From Bradyrhizobium sp. (GTDB taxonomy: Bacteria; Pseudomonadota; Alphaproteobacteria; Rhizobiales; Beijerinckiaceae), in NCBI GenBank assembly GCA_004799435.1, contig SSMV01000169.1, positions 980-64,979 of the forward strand: 64,000 nt of DNA, given 5' to 3'. The notes beneath the pieces are model-generated. The model saw only the letters and a program-made list of their open reading frames with translations, ran no database searches and was not told the DNA's origin. Within the stretch, counting starts at the first letter, position 1, and the number at the start of each line of letters is the position of its first letter. Shown here in pieces: positions 59,321 through 64,000 of this stretch. A program made the position numbers and the translations under genes.

Positions 59321-59335
59321 ATAACAATGCGTTAA
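59321..59335 (-). promoter_or_regulatory. CtrA-like box TTAA-CGCATTG-TTAT (one mismatch) upstream of lpxC
   Basis: Reverse complement of ataacaatgcgttaa, within an AT-rich patch between the ftsZ terminator and lpxC. Confidence 0.4.
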
Positions 59336-59376
59336 TCTCGTTGCCCGAGCTCGGCCACGAGCCCCGCACGACGACG

Positions 59377-59406
59377 AAAAACGGCCGCGGCGGGAGCCGC
59401 GGCCGT
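59377..59406 (-). terminator. Rho-independent terminator after ftsZ
   Basis: acggccgcgg-N6-ccgcggccgt is a perfect 10-bp stem followed by TTTT on the minus strand. Confidence 0.85.
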
Positions 59407-59443
59407 CAGGCCAATTCACCGATTCGCCCGGTTTAGCCGTGAT

Positions 59444-61042
59444 TTAGTTGGATTGACGGCGCAGAAACGCCGGAATCTCAAGCTGTTCGTCCTCAAGTGT
59501 GGCGGGGCGCCCAGGCGCCCGTCCATGCGGATCGAGCTGTCCCTGAGCCGGCCGCGGCGCGGTCGGACGGGGCTGCGGGCGCCCGTATTCGGCGTGCAGG
59601 GCGGCGGCGGTCGGCCGGGGCGGCGCGACGGGCGGGGCGATCGCGCGCGGCGCGGCCTCTTCCTCATGCCGGTTGATGCCGAAAGCCGCGAGCTTCTCCA
59701 GAAGCGAACGACGGCGCGTCTCGATTTGGGGCGGCGCGTTGGACGCTTCCCCGCGATGGGCGCGCAACTGCGTCTGGGCGATCGGCGGCAATTCGTCGAT
59801 CTGCGGCATGCGCGGGGCGCGCAGGGCCGGCTGCTCGGGCGCCGGCGGGATGAAAGCTTCCTCCTCGGCGTATTCTTCCACCGGCTCTTCTTGCGGCGGC
59901 TCGACATAGGCGACCGGCCGGGGCTGCGCCGGGCGGATGTCGACGGCGGCGATCGGCGCCGACTCGACATAGGGCTCAGCGGCCGGAATGGACGCGGGCA
60001 TCGGGCGCGGAATGGCGCGCGAGCGCGGCGGGACTTCGATCCTGAGCGGTTCAACCGGCTCGATCTTTTCCTGAGCCGCGCGGTCGATGCCGGTCGCGAC
60101 CACCGAAACGCGCACCACGCCGTCGAGCGCGGAATCGAATGTCGCGCCAAGGATGATGTTGGCGTCTTCATCGACCTCCTGACGAATGCGGCTTGCCGCC
60201 TCGTCGACCTCGTAGAGGGTCAGGTCATTGCCGCCGGTGATCGAGATCAGCAACCCGCGCGCGCCGCGCATCGAGGTCTCGTCGAGCAGCGGATTGGCGA
60301 TCGCCGCTTCGGCGGCGAGCACCGCGCGACGTTCGCCGGTCGCTTCGCCGGTGCCCATCATCGCCTTGCCCATCTCACTCATGATCGAGCGCACATCGGC
60401 GAAGTCGAGGTTGATCAGGCCTTCCTTGACCATCAGGTCGGTGATGCAGGCGACGCCCGAATAGAGCACCTGGTCCGCCATCGCGAAAGCGTCGGCGAAC
60501 GTGGTCTTTTCATTGGCGACCCGGAAGAGATTCTGATTGGGAATGACGATCAGCGTGTCGACGCATTTCTGCAGCTCGGCGATGCCGCCATCGGCGAGAC
60601 GCATCCGGCGCTGCCCTTCGAAATGGAAGGGCTTGGTGACGACGCCGACCGTCAGGATGCCAAGCTCGCGGGCGATGCGGGCGACCACCGGCGCAGCGCC
60701 AGTGCCGGTGCCGCCGCCCATGCCGGCGGTGACGAAGGCCATATGCGCGCCGGCGATGTGATCGCGGATCTCTTCGAGCGCCTCCTCGGCGGCGGCCCGG
60801 CCGACTTCCGGCTTGGAGCCAGCGCCCAGGCCCTCGGTCACCTGCATGCCCATTTGAATGATGCGTTCGGCGCGCGAGGACGCCAACGCTTGGGCGTCGG
60901 TGTTGGCGACGACGAAGTCGACGCCCGACAGACCCGACACGATCATGTTGTTGACCGCGTTGCCGCCGGCGCCGCCGACGCCGCAAACGATGATACGGGG
61001 CTTCAGCTCCCGCAGTTCCGGCGCCTTTAGATTGATCGACAT
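59444..61042 (-). CDS. ftsZ: Cell division protein FtsZ with a long C-terminal linker
   Basis: [13 protein letters not shown], tubulin signature [15 protein letters not shown] and the C-terminal [12 protein letters not shown]. Confidence 0.99.
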   Translation of the reverse strand: MSINLKAPELRELKPRIIVCGVGGAGGNAVNNMIVSGLSGVDFVVANTDAQALASSRAERIIQMGMQVTEGLGAGSKPEVGRAAAEEALEEIRDHIAGAHMAFVTAGMGGGTGTGAAPVVARIARELGILTVGVVTKPFHFEGQRRMRLADGGIAELQKCVDTLIVIPNQNLFRVANEKTTFADAFAMADQVLYSGVACITDLMVKEGLINLDFADVRSIMSEMGKAMMGTGEATGERRAVLAAEAAIANPLLDETSMRGARGLLISITGGNDLTLYEVDEAASRIRQEVDEDANIILGATFDSALDGVVRVSVVATGIDRAAQEKIEPVEPLRIEVPPRSRAIPRPMPASIPAAEPYVESAPIAAVDIRPAQPRPVAYVEPPQEEPVEEYAEEEAFIPPAPEQPALRAPRMPQIDELPPIAQTQLRAHRGEASNAPPQIETRRRSLLEKLAAFGINRHEEEAAPRAIAPPVAPPRPTAAALHAEYGRPQPRPTAPRPAQGQLDPHGRAPGRPATLEDEQLEIPAFLRRQSN

Positions 61043-61129
61043 AGCTGGCCTCATCTCTTGGACGCCCGCTGGCGCCGGTTTAACGCATTTCTTCACTCGC
61101 GCCGCGCCGGGTCCCTCCGGCGTCGCGCG

Positions 61130-62443
61130 TCAAAAACTCTCTTTCAACCACCTGCCCACGCGCGCGACATAGCCGGCGTCGTCATCGGACGCGCGATCGG
61201 CGCGACCCGGCTCGAAATGTTCGATCCCCGCCACCTGCGGATAGACCAGCAGGCCGACCGCCGCCGCGAAGGCGGGGCTTTTGGCCGACTCGGGCAGGCC
61301 CTCGACGCCGATCGGCCGACCGATACGCGCCTGACTGGAAACGATGGCGCGGGCGAGCTCCGGCAGGCCGGTGAGCTGACAGCCGCCGCCGGTCAGCACC
61401 AGGCGGCGTCCGGCGTGAATGCCAAGCCCGGCCGCCTTCAGACGATCGCGCGTGAGTTCAAGAATTTCCTCGACCCTGGGGCGAATGATGCGCACCAGTT
61501 CGGCTTTGGGCAGATGGGTCGAATGATCGAGATCGTCGCCGACGCGCTGGACGGCGATCGAGTCGCGCTCGTCCGAAGGCGAAGCGATGCAGGCGCCATA
61601 GAGCGTCTTCAGCCGCTCGGCGTCGGCGAGACTGACCGAGAGGCCACGCGCGATATCCATCGTGATATGGCCGCCGCCGACCGCGATGGCGTCGACATGG
61701 ATGAGCCGCCCGCCGGCGAAGACGCCGATTGTCGTTGAGCCGCCGCCGAAATCGACCACCGCCGCGCCGAGTTCGACCTCATCGTCGATCAGCGTCGAAA
61801 GACCGGTGGCGTAAGGCGTCGCCACCATCGCGCCGATGCGCAAATGGCAGCGCTCGATCGCCAGCATGAGATTGCGCGCTGCGGCCGCCTCGCATGTGGC
61901 GACATGCATTTCGGCGCCGAGTTCCTCGCCGACCATGCCCTTGGGGTCGCGCACGCCGGCTGCGCCGTCGAGCCAGAAGCCGGTTGGCGCCGCATGCAAC
62001 ACGGCGCGACCGGAATAGGAGCCGGCGGCAGAGGCTGCTTCGAGCACGCGATGAATGTCGCCCTGGGTCACTGCCTTGCCGCGCAATGCGATCTTGGCGT
62101 CGAAGAGGCGCGACGACAGACGGCCGCCCGACATATTGACCACGACGCTGTCGACCTCGACGCCCGACATGCGTTCGGCCGCGTCGATGGCGAGCCGAAT
62201 GGCGCCTTCGGCCGCTTCGAGATCGACGATCGCCCCGGCCTTGACGCCGCGTGAACGCTGATGGCCGATGCCGAGCACGCGGCAGCGATGGGTGCGATCG
62301 GGCGTTGCGGCGGCAAGCTCGATCGGCGTCAGGCGGGCGATCAGGCTGACGACTTTCGACGCCCCGACATCGAGCACCGAGAGAACGGCCGATTTGCGCG
62401 GCGGCAATTGCCGCATTCGCGGCGTGAGGGGGCGGAAGGTCAT
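61130..62443 (-). CDS. ftsA: Cell division protein FtsA
   Basis: LDVGASKV, VVDFGGGST, AERLKTLYG, VLTGGGCQL and the C-terminal amphipathic WLKESF. Confidence 0.97.
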   Translation of the reverse strand: MTFRPLTPRMRQLPPRKSAVLSVLDVGASKVVSLIARLTPIELAAATPDRTHRCRVLGIGHQRSRGVKAGAIVDLEAAEGAIRLAIDAAERMSGVEVDSVVVNMSGGRLSSRLFDAKIALRGKAVTQGDIHRVLEAASAAGSYSGRAVLHAAPTGFWLDGAAGVRDPKGMVGEELGAEMHVATCEAAAARNLMLAIERCHLRIGAMVATPYATGLSTLIDDEVELGAAVVDFGGGSTTIGVFAGGRLIHVDAIAVGGGHITMDIARGLSVSLADAERLKTLYGACIASPSDERDSIAVQRVGDDLDHSTHLPKAELVRIIRPRVEEILELTRDRLKAAGLGIHAGRRLVLTGGGCQLTGLPELARAIVSSQARIGRPIGVEGLPESAKSPAFAAAVGLLVYPQVAGIEHFEPGRADRASDDDAGYVARVGRWLKESF

Positions 62444-63390
62444 TGCGCGACCTTCTTGGGCTTGGCGGCGTCGCGCGCGGCGGCGGCTTCCTCCGACAGG
62501 CGGACGAAGACGCGGCCGGGAACGCGCAGATCGACGGAGAGAATGTCACGCTCGAGAAGACGCGACTGGCGTTCCTCGGTCAGCAGCGTCGCCATTGCGG
62601 CGAGCGGATCGACTTCCGGCAATTCAACGTCGACGCCCGAGCGCATCTTGAGCGTCCAGCGGCGATCGCCGACCCGCACGCCGGCGACGATGCGCGGGCG
62701 TAGTTCGGCCGAAGCATCGAGCAGGGCCTGATATTCGTCGAGATGGGCATTGGCGCCTTCGCCGACGACGAAAGGCAGCGCTTGATATTTGTCGCGCATC
62801 GTGTCGATCGCCGTACCGTCGGCGGCCACCGCGCTGATTTCGCCGTCCTTCTGCCACAGCCCGGCTGGCGTGCGCTCGACGATGTCGATGACGATGCGGT
62901 CGGGATAGAGCTTGCGCACGCCCGCCTGTTTGATCAGCGGCTGGGCCTCGAGATTTTTGCGCGCTCTACCCGCGTCGTAGAAGGGCAAGGACGTCTTGCC
63001 GTCGACGCCGGCGAGCGCCAGGATTTCGTTTTCAGAGAGTTGCGACTGGCCGGAGATCGTCACCGCCGAGACGCCGAAGCCGAGCGCGCGCGCGGCATAG
63101 TCGCCGACGCCGCCTTCGCGGGCGACGAAAGCCTGATATTCGCCGCCGCGCTCAGCGCCATAGGCGGTCACGCCGGCAAGCAGCGCCGCGGCCAGCGTGA
63201 GGCCGAGGCCGCGCGGCGCGGGCTTGGCGAAATGCAGCGTCCAGCGGGTCGGGCCGCGCCGGGCGCGCTCGCCCCTGAGCAGCACGCGAGCAGGCGCGAA
63301 CGCGGCGCGCGGGGCGATGCCCAGCGCAGCCGGCGGCCGCAGACCATACCCGCCGCTCAACGATTGCACGACGCGTCCTCCACCATCCAT
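62440..63390 (-). CDS. ftsQ: Cell division protein FtsQ
   Basis: Single TM segment, POTRA domain (ISGQSQLSENEIL, VRKLYPDRIVIDIVERTP) and DLRVPGR. The start MDGGGR overlaps the ddl 3' end. Confidence 0.93.
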   Translation of the reverse strand: MDGGGRVVQSLSGGYGLRPPAALGIAPRAAFAPARVLLRGERARRGPTRWTLHFAKPAPRGLGLTLAAALLAGVTAYGAERGGEYQAFVAREGGVGDYAARALGFGVSAVTISGQSQLSENEILALAGVDGKTSLPFYDAGRARKNLEAQPLIKQAGVRKLYPDRIVIDIVERTPAGLWQKDGEISAVAADGTAIDTMRDKYQALPFVVGEGANAHLDEYQALLDASAELRPRIVAGVRVGDRRWTLKMRSGVDVELPEVDPLAAMATLLTEERQSRLLERDILSVDLRVPGRVFVRLSEEAAAARDAAKPKKVAQ

Positions 63391-64000
63391 TCCACCAACG
63401 CGCCGAAGGAAAGACCGGCGTGGGCCGCCATTTCCGGCACCAACGAAGTCTCCGTCATGCCTGGCTGGGTGTTGACCTCCAGGCACGCCAGCTCTCCGGA
63501 TTCCCCCTTCGACTCGTCAAAACGAAAATCGGCCCGGCTGACCCCGCGACAGCCGAGCGCGCGATGCGCCCTGAGCGCCAACTCTTGGACTTCATGGTAA
63601 ATTTTTGGTTTAATTTTCGCCGGAAGGACGTGGACGGAGCCGCCCTTGGCGTATTTCGCGTCATAACCGTAGAAGGCTTCCGAAACCGGCTGGATTTCGA
63701 TGACGTCCAACACCTTGTCGCCCATGACGGCGCAGGTCAGTTCCTTGCCGTCGACGAATCGCTCGGCGAGCAGCCGGTCGCCATAAGGCCAGTCGGCGCG
63801 GCCGACCTCCTGGGGCGGATGGGCGCGCCCCTCCTTGACGATCACGACGCCGAAGGACGAGCCCTCGCTGATCGGCTTCAGCACATAGGGCGGCTCGAGC
63901 ACATGGCGGCGCGCCGCTTCGGCGCGATCGACCACGACGCCATAGGCGACCGGCACGCCGGCGGCGGCGAGCGCCACCTTGGCGAGATCTTTCTGCATCG
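63357..64000 (-). CDS. ddl: D-alanine--D-alanine ligase, 3' part only
   Basis: KPISEGSSFGV, YGYDAKY, RADFRFD and LEVNTQPGMTETSLVPE; runs off the window edge. Confidence 0.96.
   Translation of the reverse strand, partial: MQKDLAKVALAAAGVPVAYGVVVDRAEAARRHVLEPPYVLKPISEGSSFGVVIVKEGRAHPPQEVGRADWPYGDRLLAERFVDGKELTCAVMGDKVLDVIEIQPVSEAFYGYDAKYAKGGSVHVLPAKIKPKIYHEVQELALRAHRALGCRGVSRADFRFDESKGESGELACLEVNTQPGMTETSLVPEMAAHAGLSFGALVEWMVEDASCNR

Noticed and set aside
59444-60060. Long Pro/Ala/Glu-rich FtsZ linker as a novelty
   Set aside because: Long C-terminal linkers are well known in alphaproteobacterial FtsZ.
63357-63390. 34-bp ddl/ftsQ overlap as a frameshift or assembly error
   Set aside because: Both frames are intact, and this overlap (..WMVEDASCNR / MDGGGR..) is, as I recall, common in Rhizobiales dcw clusters.

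Overview
GC-rich alphaproteobacterial chromosome (Rhizobiales-like), with no integrase, transposase, prophage or CRISPR array recognised. Layout: (1) 1-16.8 kb is mostly core: a partial MFS transporter, DUF805, carD with a long Lys/Ala-rich extension, fdxA, a C-terminal-only MgpS-type helicase, murJ, a ferredoxin reductase, livGFHM, galE/galU, an outer-membrane beta-barrel, kdsD and tRNA-Thr(GGT). (2) 16.8-32.7 kb, directly after the tRNA, is a LacI-headed and partly translationally coupled catabolic operon: afr-like 1,5-anhydro-D-fructose reductase, CoA transferase, enoyl-CoA hydratase, a sorbosone-dehydrogenase-like ALDH, a sugar ABC transporter and two GMC flavoenzymes. A divergent SdhA/NadB-fold flavoprotein with an altered active site sits beside it. 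(3) 32.7-39.4 kb holds surface-glycan methyltransferase and glycosyltransferase genes. (4) 39.5-52 kb holds orphan signalling genes, nadQ-nadABC with two tandem NadQ boxes, a GST and yadGH. (5) 52-64 kb is core: hisD, murA, recN, bamD, lpxC, ftsZAQ and a partial ddl. The best candidate for an undescribed system is region 2. I infer a CoA-dependent route that opens the ether ring of 1,5-anhydro-sugars and yields 2-keto-3-deoxy-D-gluconate. All family assignments are from motifs and from memory of homologues; no database search was run.
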